A stretch of 64,000 nt of DNA from the NCBI GenBank assembly GCA_965116495.1, contig OZ220696.1:3040001-3104000 (forward strand). Direction: 5' to 3'. Positions 19,443-30,135 of the stretch are shown piece after piece (the stretch's first letter is position 1; the number at the start of each line of letters is the position of its first letter). Position numbers and translations under genes: made by a program. Under the pieces are notes generated by a model. The model was not told the origin of the DNA. It worked only from the letters and a program-made list of their open reading frames with translations, and searched no databases. Source of the stretch: Gammaproteobacteria bacterium. Its GTDB lineage: Bacteria > Pseudomonadota > Gammaproteobacteria > Eutrophobiales > Eutrophobiaceae.

Positions 19443-20528
19443 TCAGGCTGCCCTGCCCTGCTTTTGTCTCTGCCTGGCGCGCGGCGTCACTCGTCCCACC
19501 AGTTGACCGCAGGCCGCATCGATGTCATCCCCGCGGGTTTTCCGGGTAACGGTGATGATGCCGGACTCGACCAGGATAGCGCGGAAACGATCCGTGGTTT
19601 CCATGGAACAGCGGCTGAACCCGGTACCGGGAAACGGGTTGAAAATGATCAGGTTTACCTTGGCCGGGAATCCCTTCAACAGTCCTGCCAGTTGCCGGGC
19701 GTCCTGGATGGAGTCATTTATCCCGTTCAGCAGGACATATTCAAACGTGATAGGTTCGCCACCTGTGGCTTCACTGTAGCGGTGGCAGGCGGATAACAGT
19801 TCGTGAATGGGATAAGTCCTGTTAATCGGCACCAGTTCATCCCTGAGTGCGTCGTTGGCTGCGTGTAACGATACCGCCAGGCTGATCCTGCTGCATTTTG
19901 ACAGCTTGACGATACCCGGCACGATTCCGGCGGTACTCAGGGTAACCCGTTTATTTGCCAGCCCGAACCCAAGGTCATCCGTGATCAGTTCAACCGCTTT
20001 TATCACGTTGTCAAAATTGAGCAGCGGTTCTCCCATTCCCATCAACACTACATTGCTGATAATACGCTTGCGGTCGGCGAAATGGCCAAGTTGCCTGTTG
20101 GCTTGCCAGACCTGCCCGATGATTTCCGCCACTGACAGGTTTCGGCCAAAGCCTTGTTTACCGGTGGCGCAGAAGGCGCAGTTCAAGGCGCAACCTGCCT
20201 GAGAAGAAATACACAATGTGCCCCTGCCGGGTTCCGGTATGAATACCGTTTCGATCGCATTGTCGGTATCAACCTGCAGCAGCCATTTACGGGTACCGTC
20301 GGCTGAAATTTTCTCGGAGATAATTGCGGGCAGTGGTGAATGAGTATCATCGGCCAGGCGCTCGCGCAGGGTTTTGCTCAAATTGGTCATGGCCTCAAAG
20401 TCAGTCACTCCCTGGTGGTAGACCCACTTCATCACCTGCTCTGCGCGAAAAGGTTTTTCCGACATGCCGATGAAATACTCGCGCAGGGCGTTCTGGTTCA
20501 GGTTGAACAGGTTAATGCCGGAATTCAC
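19443..20528 (-). CDS. rlmN: 23S rRNA/tRNA adenine C2-methyltransferase RlmN
   Basis: CISSQAGCALNCAFC radical-SAM motif, MGMGEPL, DIDAACGQL. Confidence 0.97.
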   Translation of the reverse strand: MNSGINLFNLNQNALREYFIGMSEKPFRAEQVMKWVYHQGVTDFEAMTNLSKTLRERLADDTHSPLPAIISEKISADGTRKWLLQVDTDNAIETVFIPEPGRGTLCISSQAGCALNCAFCATGKQGFGRNLSVAEIIGQVWQANRQLGHFADRKRIISNVVLMGMGEPLLNFDNVIKAVELITDDLGFGLANKRVTLSTAGIVPGIVKLSKCSRISLAVSLHAANDALRDELVPINRTYPIHELLSACHRYSEATGGEPITFEYVLLNGINDSIQDARQLAGLLKGFPAKVNLIIFNPFPGTGFSRCSMETTDRFRAILVESGIITVTRKTRGDDIDAACGQLVGRVTPRARQRQKQGRAA

Positions 20529-20534
20529 GCCGGA

Positions 20535-20975
20535 TTACCTGGTGCGCGGGCAGAGCTCGTCTGCGCGGAAAAAGAAGCTGATTTCGTTTTGTGCCGTGTC
20601 CGGACCATCAGACCCATGTACCGCGTTTTCACCCTGGTCACCGTCCCGGTCGCAGAAGTCCGCGCGGATGGTGCCGGGTTCGGCATTCCTGGGGAATGTC
20701 GCTCCCATGAGTTCCCGGTTCTTTGCAATTGCGCCCCGGCCTTCCAGTAGCTGCACCATGATGGGGCCGGAGACCATGAAATCAACCAGTTCACGGAAAA
20801 AAGGTTTATCCCTGTGTACGGCATAGAATTCGGCGGCCTGTTGTTCGCTGAGGTGCATCATTTTTGCCGCAACGATCTTCAGTCCGGCGTCTTCAAAGCG
20901 TTGGTATATGGCCCCTATCAGGTTAGCGGCCACTGCATCGGGCTTGATTATCGACAGGGTTTGTTCAATAGGCAT
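20535..20975 (-). CDS. ndk: Nucleoside diphosphate kinase
   Basis: [23 protein letters not shown]. Confidence 0.98.
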   Translation of the reverse strand: MPIEQTLSIIKPDAVAANLIGAIYQRFEDAGLKIVAAKMMHLSEQQAAEFYAVHRDKPFFRELVDFMVSGPIMVQLLEGRGAIAKNRELMGATFPRNAEPGTIRADFCDRDGDQGENAVHGSDGPDTAQNEISFFFRADELCPRTR

Positions 20976-21077
20976 CGTGTGTTTCTTCTTGTTATATCGT
21001 TGTAATCGAAAAATAAACCAGAAAGTTTATCCTCGTCAACCACGCATTTTACTAATTTCAGTCGCCGCTTGTCAGCC

Positions 21078-21629
21078 TCACAACAAGCCGGTTTCAAGAC
21101 GCGCCGCCTCGGTCATCATCTCGGGACTCCAGGGCGGGTCGAAGGTCAATTCGACGTTTACCCTGTCAACGTTCGGCACTATGACAAGTTTGCTCTGTAC
21201 GTCGGCGGCCAGGAAATCCCCCATGCCGCAGGCCGGCGCCGTCAGGGTCATGAGGACTTCCACCTGGTTTTCCGCTTCATCCGAGTGCGATATCCGGCAA
21301 TCATACACCAGTCCGAGTTCAACGATGTTTATCGGGATCTCCGGGTCGTAACAGGTACGCATCTGCTCCCACAGGTGTTCTTCATTGACGGAGCCGTCCT
21401 CATTGGGTTCCAGATCCTGGTTGACATAGTCTGCGGGGTCAAAACCGAGAGCATCCGCGTCCTTCGGCCCCACCTGAGCAAGATTACCGTTGATGTTGAC
21501 CGTGTAGTTACCTCCCAGTGCCTGGGTTATAAAAACGAGGCTGCCTTCGGGTAATGTGATGGGCGTGCCTGTCGGGATGAGTATGGCATCGCATTCACGC
21601 ACAACTGTGACAGGGTCGTTGGTGTACAT
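21078..21629 (-). CDS. sufT: Fe-S cluster assembly protein SufT (DUF59)
   Basis: ITQALGGNYTV, CYDPEIPINIVELGL, TLTAPACGMG, FDPPW. Start set at MYTNDP. Confidence 0.9.
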   Translation of the reverse strand: MYTNDPVTVVRECDAILIPTGTPITLPEGSLVFITQALGGNYTVNINGNLAQVGPKDADALGFDPADYVNQDLEPNEDGSVNEEHLWEQMRTCYDPEIPINIVELGLVYDCRISHSDEAENQVEVLMTLTAPACGMGDFLAADVQSKLVIVPNVDRVNVELTFDPPWSPEMMTEAARLETGLL

Positions 21630-21631
21630 GA

Positions 21632-22081
21632 TTATTCCGTAGACACCGGGGCTTCGTCGCCGGCCATAAGCGCATGCAGGGTATGCCAGCACAACGTTGC
21701 GCATTTCACCCGGCTGGGGTAATCGCGTACTCCGGCCAGCACCGCCAGTTTCCCCATGCGGGTTAAATCAATCTCCGCATCGGCGCCGGTCAGCAGTTCG
21801 TGAAAATCAGCGAACACCGTCTCTGCCTCCTGCAAGGATTTCCCCTTGACACCCTCCGTCATCAGGGAAGCGGAGGCAATGGAGATGGCGCAGCCGGAAC
21901 CGTTGAATTTGATGTCGGATATCTGGTTGCCGTCCGTGTTCAGATACAGCGTCAACCGGTCGCCGCACAGGGGGTTGAACCCCTCCAGGGCTTTTCGGGG
22001 CGGGTCCAGTTCACCGAAATTCCTGGGACTGCGATTGTGATCGACGATCACTTCCTGGTATAGATCTTTTAAGTCGAACAT
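21632..22081 (-). CDS. sufU: SUF system NifU-like protein SufU
   Basis: LYQEVIVDH, NPLCGD, GSGCAIS, RVKCATL. Confidence 0.93.
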   Translation of the reverse strand: MFDLKDLYQEVIVDHNRSPRNFGELDPPRKALEGFNPLCGDRLTLYLNTDGNQISDIKFNGSGCAISIASASLMTEGVKGKSLQEAETVFADFHELLTGADAEIDLTRMGKLAVLAGVRDYPSRVKCATLCWHTLHALMAGDEAPVSTE

Positions 22082-22086
22082 CGTCT

Positions 22087-23349
22087 TTACTTGAATATAT
22101 TTTTTGCCTTGTCAATCCCGGTGATCAATTTATCCACTTCTTCTGCCGTATTGTAGAAGGCAAAAGATGCCCTGGCCGTGGCGGGAATACCATAGCGTTC
22201 CATGACCGGCATGGCGCAGTGGTGGCCGGTCCTGATGGCTACCCCGTCATGGTCCAGTATGGTGCCCAGGTCATGGGGGTGAATACCGTCAACGATAAAC
22301 GACAGGATGCTTGCCTTCTGTGCAGCCGTGCCGATTAGTCTCAACCCCGGGACCGTACCGGCTGCGTCGGTGGCGTACTGCAACAACCCGTGTTCGTAAT
22401 CGCTTATCCGGTCCGGACCGACCTTGCTGACGTAATCAACCGCCGCGCCCAGGCCGATAACCCCGGCGATGTAGGGCGTGCCCGCCTCAAACTTGTAAGG
22501 CAGGTCGTTGTATAGGGTTTTTTCAAACGTGACCATCTTGATCATGTCACCGCCGCCATGGTACGGCGGCATATCCGCCAGCAGCGCCTGTTTCCCGTAG
22601 AGTACGCCGATCCCCGTCGGACCGAACAGCTTATGGCCCGAAAAGGTGTAGAAGTCACAATCTAGGGCGGCCATGTCCAGCTTCGTATGGGGCGCCGCCT
22701 GGGCGCCGTCGATAACCACAACGGCGTCGACCGAATGGGCCAGGGCAGTAATCTCGGCAACCGGATTGAGGCTGCCCAGGGCATTGGAGATATGGGTGAT
22801 AGCAACAATCCGGGTTTTATCGCCCAGCAGGTTTTTATATTCGTCCATACTCAACTCGCCGGCGTCATTGATAGGGATGACCTTGAGGACGGCGCCGGTC
22901 TGTTCGCACACCAGTTGCCAGGGGACAATGTTGGAATGGTGTTCCATCGTGGAGATGATAATTTCATCTCCCGCGCGCAGTTTGCTCCTGCCGTAGCTTT
23001 GCGCAACCAGGTTTATCCCTTCCGTGGTCCCGCGCACGAAAATGATTTCCTTCAGGGATTCGGCATTGATGAAATTCTGTATCTTCCGGCGCGCGCCTTC
23101 ATAAGCGTCTGTCGCCAATTCGCTCAGGGTATGTACGCCGCGGTGAATATTGGAATTGTAATCGCGATAATATTCGTCCAGCACCTCAATGACCTGGCGC
23201 GGTTTTTGTGAGGTTGCAGCATTGTCCAGGTAGACCAGGGGCTTGCCGCGCACGGTCTGTCCCAGGATGGGGAAGTCCTGCCGGTACATTTCCACCGGGA
23301 AACTGGTAACTGCTCCCGTATCTGCCGCTATTGCCTGCGGGTTAATCAT
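22087..23349 (-). CDS. sufS: Cysteine desulfurase SufS
   Basis: YLDNAATSQKP, SGHKLFGPTG, RTGHHCA. Confidence 0.96.
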   Translation of the reverse strand: MINPQAIAADTGAVTSFPVEMYRQDFPILGQTVRGKPLVYLDNAATSQKPRQVIEVLDEYYRDYNSNIHRGVHTLSELATDAYEGARRKIQNFINAESLKEIIFVRGTTEGINLVAQSYGRSKLRAGDEIIISTMEHHSNIVPWQLVCEQTGAVLKVIPINDAGELSMDEYKNLLGDKTRIVAITHISNALGSLNPVAEITALAHSVDAVVVIDGAQAAPHTKLDMAALDCDFYTFSGHKLFGPTGIGVLYGKQALLADMPPYHGGGDMIKMVTFEKTLYNDLPYKFEAGTPYIAGVIGLGAAVDYVSKVGPDRISDYEHGLLQYATDAAGTVPGLRLIGTAAQKASILSFIVDGIHPHDLGTILDHDGVAIRTGHHCAMPVMERYGIPATARASFAFYNTAEEVDKLITGIDKAKNIFK

Positions 23350-24671
23350 TGCATGAACTCTTCAATCAGTTCGGTATCAGGCAACTCACCGGCAATGTTA
23401 TGCTCCAGCCGCTCCCTGATTTCGGGGAATTTGATGTCCCGGATAATTTCGTCGGCAAACGCATAGGTCAGCAGGCTCCGGGCCGTATCCTGGTCCAGTG
23501 CCCTGGAACGCAGGTAGAACAACATGTTTTCATCGAGCCGGCCTACCGTGGCGCCGTGGCTGCACTTGACGTCGTCCGCGTAAATCTCCAGTTCCGGTTT
23601 GGTATCGACCTCGGCGTTGCCGGACAGAAGCAGGTTCGCATTGGATTGGTGGGCCTCGGTTTTCTGGGCTTGTTCGTGAACGATCACCTTGCCGTTGAAT
23701 ACAGCGCGCGAGCGCCCGTTCATAATGCCGCGGTAATGTTCGTTGCTGACCGTATGGGGTTGTTTGTGTTCTATCAGGGTGTGGTTGTCCACATGCTGGC
23801 GCTGGTCGGTCAGGTATAACCCGTTGAGATTGACCTCAGCCCCAGGTTCATCCAGTGCCACGTCGATGTCACAGCGCGCCAGTTTTCCGCCCAGGGACAG
23901 GCTGTGGCAATCAATCCTGCTGTCAGCCTTCTGCCTGATACGGGTATTGCCGACATGGTAGGCGCGCTGGCTTTCCTGCTGGATCTTGTAATAGTCCAGG
24001 CGGGAGCCGGTTTGCCCCAGTATGCTGGTGTGGCTGTTGGTGAAGTACTCGGAACCAGGGATGCCCGCGTAGGTTTCAATGACACTTGCACTCGCCTGCC
24101 CGCCCAGTACGATCAGGTTGCGAGGGTGGCACATCAACGTCTCGCCGGCCTGGCCGGCCAGGTAGATGATGTGTATGGGCGCGGGCAGTTCTGTTTCATC
24201 GGCTACGTGTACCAGGACACCGTCGTTAAGGAACGCCGTATTCAAGGCAGTAAACGCGTGTCCGATTTCCTCATCGGTGAAATAACGTTCCAGCAGGGCG
24301 GCATTCTCCGTCCGCGCCGACTGCAACGAACGCGCCGTCACGCCGTGGGGCAGTTGTCCCTTGCGCGACAACGCCGCGGAAAAGTTTCCGTTGACGAACA
24401 CCAGTTCGTGGCAGCCGAGACTGGAAAAGCGCAGGCTATCGACAAACGCCTCATCGATGTGCGCCGGTGCATCTTTCCCCAGGGTAAAATTCCGCCTGGT
24501 AATGGGGGAGACATCGGTGTATTTCCACTGTTCCGTTTTGCGTGTGGGGAAACCATGGGTTTTCAGGTATTCCAGGGCCGTCCTGCGCCGTTGCGCCAGC
24601 CACCGGGATGACTGGCTGTCCCGGAATTGGTCGTACTCGGCGAGATAGTGGCTGACGGCTGCCTCGGTCAT
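23346..24671 (-). CDS. sufD: Fe-S cluster assembly protein SufD
   Basis: FPTRKTEQWKYT, KPELEIYADDVKCSHGAT. Confidence 0.95.
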   Translation of the reverse strand: MTEAAVSHYLAEYDQFRDSQSSRWLAQRRRTALEYLKTHGFPTRKTEQWKYTDVSPITRRNFTLGKDAPAHIDEAFVDSLRFSSLGCHELVFVNGNFSAALSRKGQLPHGVTARSLQSARTENAALLERYFTDEEIGHAFTALNTAFLNDGVLVHVADETELPAPIHIIYLAGQAGETLMCHPRNLIVLGGQASASVIETYAGIPGSEYFTNSHTSILGQTGSRLDYYKIQQESQRAYHVGNTRIRQKADSRIDCHSLSLGGKLARCDIDVALDEPGAEVNLNGLYLTDQRQHVDNHTLIEHKQPHTVSNEHYRGIMNGRSRAVFNGKVIVHEQAQKTEAHQSNANLLLSGNAEVDTKPELEIYADDVKCSHGATVGRLDENMLFYLRSRALDQDTARSLLTYAFADEIIRDIKFPEIRERLEHNIAGELPDTELIEEFMQ

Positions 24672-25426
24672 GCGGCCTTGGCCTCCTGCCTTACCCAGTC
24701 ATAACCCTTCTCCTCAAGCTCGACAGCCAGTTCATGATTGCCGGACCGGATAATCTTTCCGTCCGACAGAACATGTACGTAATCCGGAACGATGTAGTTC
24801 AGCAATCTCTGGTAATGGGTCACCAGGACGATGGCGCGGGACTCATTACGCAGTGTATTGACGCCTTCGGCAACGGTTTTCAGGGCATCGATGTCGAGGC
24901 CGGAATCCGTCTCATCCAGGATGGCCAGGCGCGGTTCCAGTACCGCCATCTGAAAAATTTCGTTGCGTTTTTTTTCACCGCCGGAGAAGCCTTCATTCAC
25001 GGAACGATTGAGCAGGCTCTCATCCATTTTCACCAGGTTCATTTTTTCACGTACTGCCTGCAGGAATTCGACTGCGTCGAGCGGCCCCTTGCCCTGGTGA
25101 ACCCGGATCGCGTTCAGCGCGGCCTTGAGCAGGTAGATGTTATTCACGCCAGGAATTTCCACCGGGTACTGGAAAGCCAGGAAAACACCTTGCCGGGCGC
25201 GTTCTTCCGGGGACAGTTCGAACAGGTCGCGGCCGTCGTATTCGATGGCGCCGGAGGTGACTTCGTAGCCATCCCGTCCGGCCAGCACGTTTGCCAGGGT
25301 ACTTTTGCCTGAGCCGTTGGGTCCCATGATGGCATGTACCTCGCCAGCATTCACCGACAGGTTCAACCCTTTCAGTATCTGTTTGTCCTCAACCCTGACT
25401 TTTAAATTACTTACCTTTAACATCAT
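24668..25426 (-). CDS. sufC: Fe-S cluster assembly ATPase SufC
   Basis: [28 protein letters not shown]. Confidence 0.97.
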   Translation of the reverse strand: MMLKVSNLKVRVEDKQILKGLNLSVNAGEVHAIMGPNGSGKSTLANVLAGRDGYEVTSGAIEYDGRDLFELSPEERARQGVFLAFQYPVEIPGVNNIYLLKAALNAIRVHQGKGPLDAVEFLQAVREKMNLVKMDESLLNRSVNEGFSGGEKKRNEIFQMAVLEPRLAILDETDSGLDIDALKTVAEGVNTLRNESRAIVLVTHYQRLLNYIVPDYVHVLSDGKIIRSGNHELAVELEEKGYDWVRQEAKAA

Positions 25427-26871
25427 CCGACTGCGCCCTCAAGAGTAATATTCAGCAGTTTCTGCGCCTCCACGGCAAATTCCATCGGCAGTTCCTTGAA
25501 TACGTCCTTGCAGAAACCGTTGACAATCATGTTGACCGCGTCCTCCTCATCAATTCCCCGTTGGCGGCAGTAAAACAACTGGTCATCGCTTATCCTGGAC
25601 GTGGTTGCCTCATGTTCGACAGTGGCGCTTGCATTCCTGGTTTCAATATATGGAAAGGTGTGGGCGCCGCAGGTGTCACCCATCAGCAGGGAATCACACT
25701 GGGTGTAGTTACGGGCGTTGTCTGCGCGTTTGCCGATATTGACCAGGCCCCGGTAGGCGTTTTGCGCCTTGCCTGCTGAAATGCCCTTGGAGATGATGGT
25801 GCTGCGTGTGTTTTTACCTACGTGAATCATCTTGGTGCCGGTGTCCGCCTGTTGATAATTGTTGGTGACTGCGACGGAGTAGAACTCGCCGCTGGAATTA
25901 TCGCCGCGCAGGATGCAGCTCGGGTATTTCCAGGTAATGGCCGAGCCGGTCTCAACCTGGGTCCAGGAGATCCTGGAGCCGGTTCCGCGGCAATCGCCGC
26001 GCTTGGTTACGAAGTTATAGATGCCGCCGACGCCGTTTTCATCGCCGGGGTACCAGTTCTGTACCGTCGAGTACTTTATCTCCGCGTTATCCAGGGCGAC
26101 CAGTTCCACGACGGCCGCATGTAACTGGTTCTCGTCGCGCATGGGCGCCGTGCAGCCTTCCAGGTAGCTCACATAGCTGCTTTCCTCGGCCACGATGAGG
26201 GTTCGTTCAAACTGCCCGGTATTGGCTGCGTTGATACGGAAATAAGTGGACAGTTCCATCGGACAACGGGTGTTTTTCGGAATAAAACAGAATGACCCGT
26301 CGGTAAAAACCGCGGAGTTCAGCGCTGCGTAATAGTTGTCCGCAGCGGGGACAACACTGCCCAGGTAGGCCCGCACCAGGTCAGGATGATTGTGTACCGC
26401 TTCGGAAAATGAACAGAAGATGACACCGGCATCCGCCAGTTTTTCCTTGAACGTCGTTGCCACGGACACGCTGTCGAACACGGCATCCACCGCAACGCCG
26501 GCCAGCATTTTTTGTTCGTGCAGCGGAATACCCAGTTTCTCGTAGGTTTCCAGCAGCTTTGGATCAACCTCGTCCAGGCTCTTGGGACCGTCCTCTTTGG
26601 ATTTCGGGGCTGAGTAATAGGATATGGCCTGGAAATCGATGGGCGGGTAGTGCACGTGGGCCCATTCCGGTTCGGCCATGCGGGTCCAGTGCCGGAAGGC
26701 TTCCAGGCGCCATTCCAGCAGCCACTCGGGTTCCTCCTTCTTGGCGGAGATCAGGGCTATCACCTCTTCATTCAGGCCTGGCGCGACGGTATCCGTATCG
26801 ATATCCGTGACGAAACCGTGTTCGTATTCCTTGTGTACCAGTTCCTCGACTTTTGCTGTTTCGTCTGTCAT
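25423..26871 (-). CDS. sufB: Fe-S cluster assembly protein SufB
   Basis: [35 protein letters not shown]. Confidence 0.97.
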   Translation of the reverse strand: MTDETAKVEELVHKEYEHGFVTDIDTDTVAPGLNEEVIALISAKKEEPEWLLEWRLEAFRHWTRMAEPEWAHVHYPPIDFQAISYYSAPKSKEDGPKSLDEVDPKLLETYEKLGIPLHEQKMLAGVAVDAVFDSVSVATTFKEKLADAGVIFCSFSEAVHNHPDLVRAYLGSVVPAADNYYAALNSAVFTDGSFCFIPKNTRCPMELSTYFRINAANTGQFERTLIVAEESSYVSYLEGCTAPMRDENQLHAAVVELVALDNAEIKYSTVQNWYPGDENGVGGIYNFVTKRGDCRGTGSRISWTQVETGSAITWKYPSCILRGDNSSGEFYSVAVTNNYQQADTGTKMIHVGKNTRSTIISKGISAGKAQNAYRGLVNIGKRADNARNYTQCDSLLMGDTCGAHTFPYIETRNASATVEHEATTSRISDDQLFYCRQRGIDEEDAVNMIVNGFCKDVFKELPMEFAVEAQKLLNITLEGAVG

Positions 26872-26874
26872 GGT

Positions 26875-27234
26875 CTACCCGTTATTTGTCTGGTTTTCGG
26901 AAATGCTGAAACTCTCACCGCAGCCACAGGTCTCGTTTACGTTGGGATTATGGAAGCGGAAGCCCTCGTTCAGGCCCTCCTTGACAAAGTCAAGTTCCGT
27001 CCCGGCCAGGTAGCGCAGGCTCAGTTCATCGATGACGACGGTGACACCGTTTGTTTCAAACGATGTGTCCTGTTCATTGACTGCCCGTGCCTCCTCGATC
27101 ACATACTGGTAACCGGAGCAACCCGTGGGTTTCACGCCGACCCGCAACCCGACACCATCGGCATTTTTCGTCAGGTAATTTTTCACGTGCTCCGCAGCAC
27201 GATCGGTTAATGCAATTTCATTATTCGACATCAT
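26875..27234 (-). CDS. A-type Fe-S carrier (IscA/SufA, HesB family)
   Basis: TGCSGYQY and CGCGESF motifs. Confidence 0.93.
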   Translation of the reverse strand: MMSNNEIALTDRAAEHVKNYLTKNADGVGLRVGVKPTGCSGYQYVIEEARAVNEQDTSFETNGVTVVIDELSLRYLAGTELDFVKEGLNEGFRFHNPNVNETCGCGESFSISENQTNNG

Positions 27235-27254
27235 TCACCTCGGTTGTCAGATGC

Positions 27255-27330
27255 TTGGGGTCAGAGTAAAAATATTGTCAATTCAGCAGGTTTCATTGGT
27301 TACCGTTCAGTATTTTTACGCTGACCCCAA
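27255..27330. repeat. REP-like element family 1, complete inverted pair
   Basis: TTGGGGTCAGAGTAAAAATA ... TATTTTTACGCTGACCCCAA between iscR and the A-type carrier gene. Confidence 0.85.
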
Positions 27331-27334
27331 AGAT

Positions 27335-27784
27335 TCACATTTGTACCATGATGTGATCCTGCCTGGCTGAGACCTGCTTCACCGAACGCTGCTGGACCAG
27401 GTCGGACAGGCTTATGTCACTGAGAAAGTTTGTAATATGCAGGCTCAGGTCTTCCCACAGGTCATGGGTCAGACAACGTTCGTCAGCCTGGCAGTTTTTA
27501 TGGCCGCCGCAACGTGTGGCGTCGACTTGCTCATCCACGGCGCGAATCACGTCCGCGACGGAAATGTCAGAGCGGGATTGCTGCAACCGGTAGCCGCCGC
27601 CCGGACCTCGTGAGCTGGCTATCAGGCCTTCCTTTCTCAGGCGCAGGAACAACTGCTCCAGGTAGGCTAATGAGATCCCCTGCCGTTTGGATATTTCCAT
27701 CAGGTTTACAGGCCCGAAACTTTCGTGCAGGGCCAGGTCCAACATGGCTGTAACGGCATAGCGCCCTTTCGTTGTCAATCGCAT
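27335..27784 (-). CDS. iscR: Fe-S cluster assembly transcriptional regulator IscR
   Basis: [40 protein letters not shown] (3 Cys + His ligands). Confidence 0.95.
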   Translation of the reverse strand: MRLTTKGRYAVTAMLDLALHESFGPVNLMEISKRQGISLAYLEQLFLRLRKEGLIASSRGPGGGYRLQQSRSDISVADVIRAVDEQVDATRCGGHKNCQADERCLTHDLWEDLSLHITNFLSDISLSDLVQQRSVKQVSARQDHIMVQM

Positions 27785-27823
27785 AACAGGTGCCTGAACT
27801 GGTTAAAGGGAGCGTATCCTTAC

Positions 27824-27874
27824 ATATCCGACTATTTTAGTCAAGTATTTTTTCCGACTTTTTTAGTCGGGTAT
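27824..27874 (-). promoter_or_regulatory. Two tandem type-1 IscR binding sites
   Basis: ATATCCGACTATTTTAGTCAAGTAT and TTTTCCGACTTTTTTAGTCGGGTAT resemble the GACT-N5-AGTC type-1 IscR motif upstream of iscR. Confidence 0.85.
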
Positions 27875-27905
27875 TTGTAGAACTGTAACTACCTGGTGGG
27901 CCACC

Positions 27906-27930
27906 GGGGACGGATTTCAAATCCGTCCCC
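27906..27930. repeat. Palindrome, family 3 (GGGGACGGATTT C AAATCCGTCCCC)
   Basis: Perfect 12-bp arms immediately after the glycosylase stop; related to 10764-10791 and a half-site at 31171-31185. Confidence 0.75.
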
Positions 27931-27931
27931 T

Positions 27932-28546
27932 TCAGGAATAACTGTCTCCATAACGAAATAAATACCAGGAACCGACACTGCGGTAAGGACGCCAGTTCTC
28001 GGCTACTTTCAGGATTTCCGTCATGTCATCAGGCGGTATACCGTAAGCTGTTGCCACAGCCCTCCGTAATGCCAGGTCCCCAATCGGGAACACGTCCAGC
28101 CGTACCAGACCGAACATCAGGTATATATCCACCGTCCAGTCGCCGATACCCTTGACCTGTTTCAGTTCACGGCGGATGGCGTCATCATCTCCTGACTGTA
28201 ATTTCGTCAGCCCCAATGAGTTGTCCATGATTTTCCCCGACAGGTCCTTGATGTATAGACACTTTCTTGCAGAGAGACCGGTTGCCCGCAGCGTACTGTC
28301 GGGCGTTTCGAGAATTCTCTCCGCCGTGATACCGCCTTCAGGGTAGAGAGCCCGAAACCGGGTGGTAATGGAATCCGCTGCCGCCGTGGATAACTGTTGA
28401 CTGATAATGATACCCACCAGGAACTCAAGGTCGGCGCGACGTCTCGTCAACCTGAAGTCACCGATTTCAATGATAATTTTTCCTAATCGTTTATCCCTTT
28501 TCTGCAGGTAGTCAGTGATATCGGCATAATCCGGCATATCGGCCAC
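27932..28546 (-). CDS. DNA-3-methyladenine glycosylase II family (HhH-GPD)
   Basis: IISQQLS, VKGIGDWT HhH, FPIGDLAL, WRPYRS. Lacks the AlkA N-terminal domain. Confidence 0.92.
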   Translation of the reverse strand: MADMPDYADITDYLQKRDKRLGKIIIEIGDFRLTRRRADLEFLVGIIISQQLSTAAADSITTRFRALYPEGGITAERILETPDSTLRATGLSARKCLYIKDLSGKIMDNSLGLTKLQSGDDDAIRRELKQVKGIGDWTVDIYLMFGLVRLDVFPIGDLALRRAVATAYGIPPDDMTEILKVAENWRPYRSVGSWYLFRYGDSYS

Positions 28547-28556
28547 TCATTAATGT

Positions 28557-28631
28557 TTGGGGTCAGGGTTAAAATACAATCGGGTAGGCAGGAGGCGCCG
28601 ATTTGTTACCGGGTTAGTTACGCTGACTCCA
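28557..28631. repeat. REP-like element family 1, degenerate pair
   Basis: TTGGGGTCAGGGTTAAAA ... GTTACGCTGACTCCA. Confidence 0.6.
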
Positions 28632-28700
28632 GCTATTCGACTTTGGTAAGGATGGATTAACCCGGATTCGGCAGCTACCGCTGCTGTATACAAGTCAGGT

Positions 28701-29294
28701 TTATCCGTTTTGCGTGTTCCTGATCAGGCGTTCCAGGCGTAACTGGGGCAGGGCCCATTCCGGGGACAGTTCTATGGCCCGACGATAATCAGCCGCCGCG
28801 TTATCAAATTCCTTGTTGTTTTCATAAGCCATGGCGCGGTTGAAATGGGCAATATGGTTTTTCGTCAGGTTCAATTCGATGGCGGTAGTGTATTGTTGTA
28901 TCGCAACGTCATATTTCTGGGAGAGCAGGTAAAGATTGCCCAGGTTCACATAGACCTCACCCGTTTCCGGGTCAAAGTCGATAGCGGTGCGGTAGTCTCT
29001 GAATGCTTTTTGATAATCCTCCATGGCGCCGTACAGAATACCCCGATTGACGTAGGTGGCCAGCAGGTCGTTACGGGTCAGCCGCCCATGGAGAATTGCC
29101 TGGTTACATTCCTCTATATCCTCCCTGGATGCGGAGTTCAACTGGATGGCGAGGGTGGAAGCCATAAAACAGTTGCGGGCGTAAGAACCCCCACCGATGA
29201 CGCTCATTGACTGGGTATAACCGATAGCGGGTAAGAAAATAAGAGCGGGCAGTAACACCCGTAAAATAAACCGTACAGAGATCATGCTAAGCAC
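28701..29294 (-). CDS. Exported TPR-repeat protein
   Basis: Signal-like N-terminus; TPR motifs YVNRGILY, YVNLGNLY, HFNRAMAYE. Confidence 0.85.
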   Translation of the reverse strand: MLSMISVRFILRVLLPALIFLPAIGYTQSMSVIGGGSYARNCFMASTLAIQLNSASREDIEECNQAILHGRLTRNDLLATYVNRGILYGAMEDYQKAFRDYRTAIDFDPETGEVYVNLGNLYLLSQKYDVAIQQYTTAIELNLTKNHIAHFNRAMAYENNKEFDNAAADYRRAIELSPEWALPQLRLERLIRNTQNG

Positions 29295-29403
29295 CTCATA
29301 CCTGACTTTTACTCAAGTATAGATAAAAAAAACCTGTCCCGCCATGATATAGTTACTCGCCGTCACTCCTCCTGATTAACAGGAAAACCCGAAGGAATAA
29401 CAA

Positions 29404-30108
29404 ATGATCGACTTATATTACTGGCCGACCCCGAACGGCTGGAAAATCTCAATCATGCTGGAAGAATGCGGGCTTGAATACAGGCTGGTCCCGGTCGACA
29501 TAGGACGGGGAGATCAATTCAAGCCGGATTTTCTGGCCATCAGTCCGAATAACCGCATGCCGGCCATCGTCGACCATGACGTGGAAGGGGAACCGGTTTC
29601 CGTGTTCGAGTCGGGCGCCATACTGATGTACCTGGCCGAGAAGACCGGGCGTTTTCTGCTGGCGGATTCGCGCGCTAGGATAGAGGTTATGCAATGGGTA
29701 TTCTGGCAGGTAGGCGGACTGGGTCCCATGGCGGGCCAACTCGGCCATTTTACCAATTACGCGCCCGAGAAAATGGGGTACGCCCTGAAGCGTTATGGTG
29801 ACGAATACAACCGGTTACTGGGAGTTCTTGAAAAGCAGTTGGCCGGCAGGGATTACCTGTGTGGTGACTATTCCATCGCCGATATGGCCTCTTGGCCCTG
29901 GGTAGTGGTACATGACCGGATAAACCAGAGCCTGGATGAATTCCCCCGCGTCATGGCCTGGGATGAACGGATGAAGGCCAGGCCGGCAGTGGCGGCCGGC
30001 AAGGACCTGGGCAAGGAACTGCGGCGCTCGCTGGAAAAGGATGAGGAAGCCCGCAGAATGCTGTTCGGGCAGACCGCCGCATCCGTCTCCGAAGCCACAG
30101 CAGGTTAG
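29404..30108 (+). CDS. Glutathione S-transferase, Nu class (YfcG/YghU-like)
   Basis: WPTPNG, ISPNNRMPAI, FESGAIL, GLGPMAGQ, YSIAD. Confidence 0.93.
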   Translation: MIDLYYWPTPNGWKISIMLEECGLEYRLVPVDIGRGDQFKPDFLAISPNNRMPAIVDHDVEGEPVSVFESGAILMYLAEKTGRFLLADSRARIEVMQWVFWQVGGLGPMAGQLGHFTNYAPEKMGYALKRYGDEYNRLLGVLEKQLAGRDYLCGDYSIADMASWPWVVVHDRINQSLDEFPRVMAWDERMKARPAVAAGKDLGKELRRSLEKDEEARRMLFGQTAASVSEATAG

Positions 30109-30135
30109 ACAATCAGGCATCGGAACGACCCCGAC

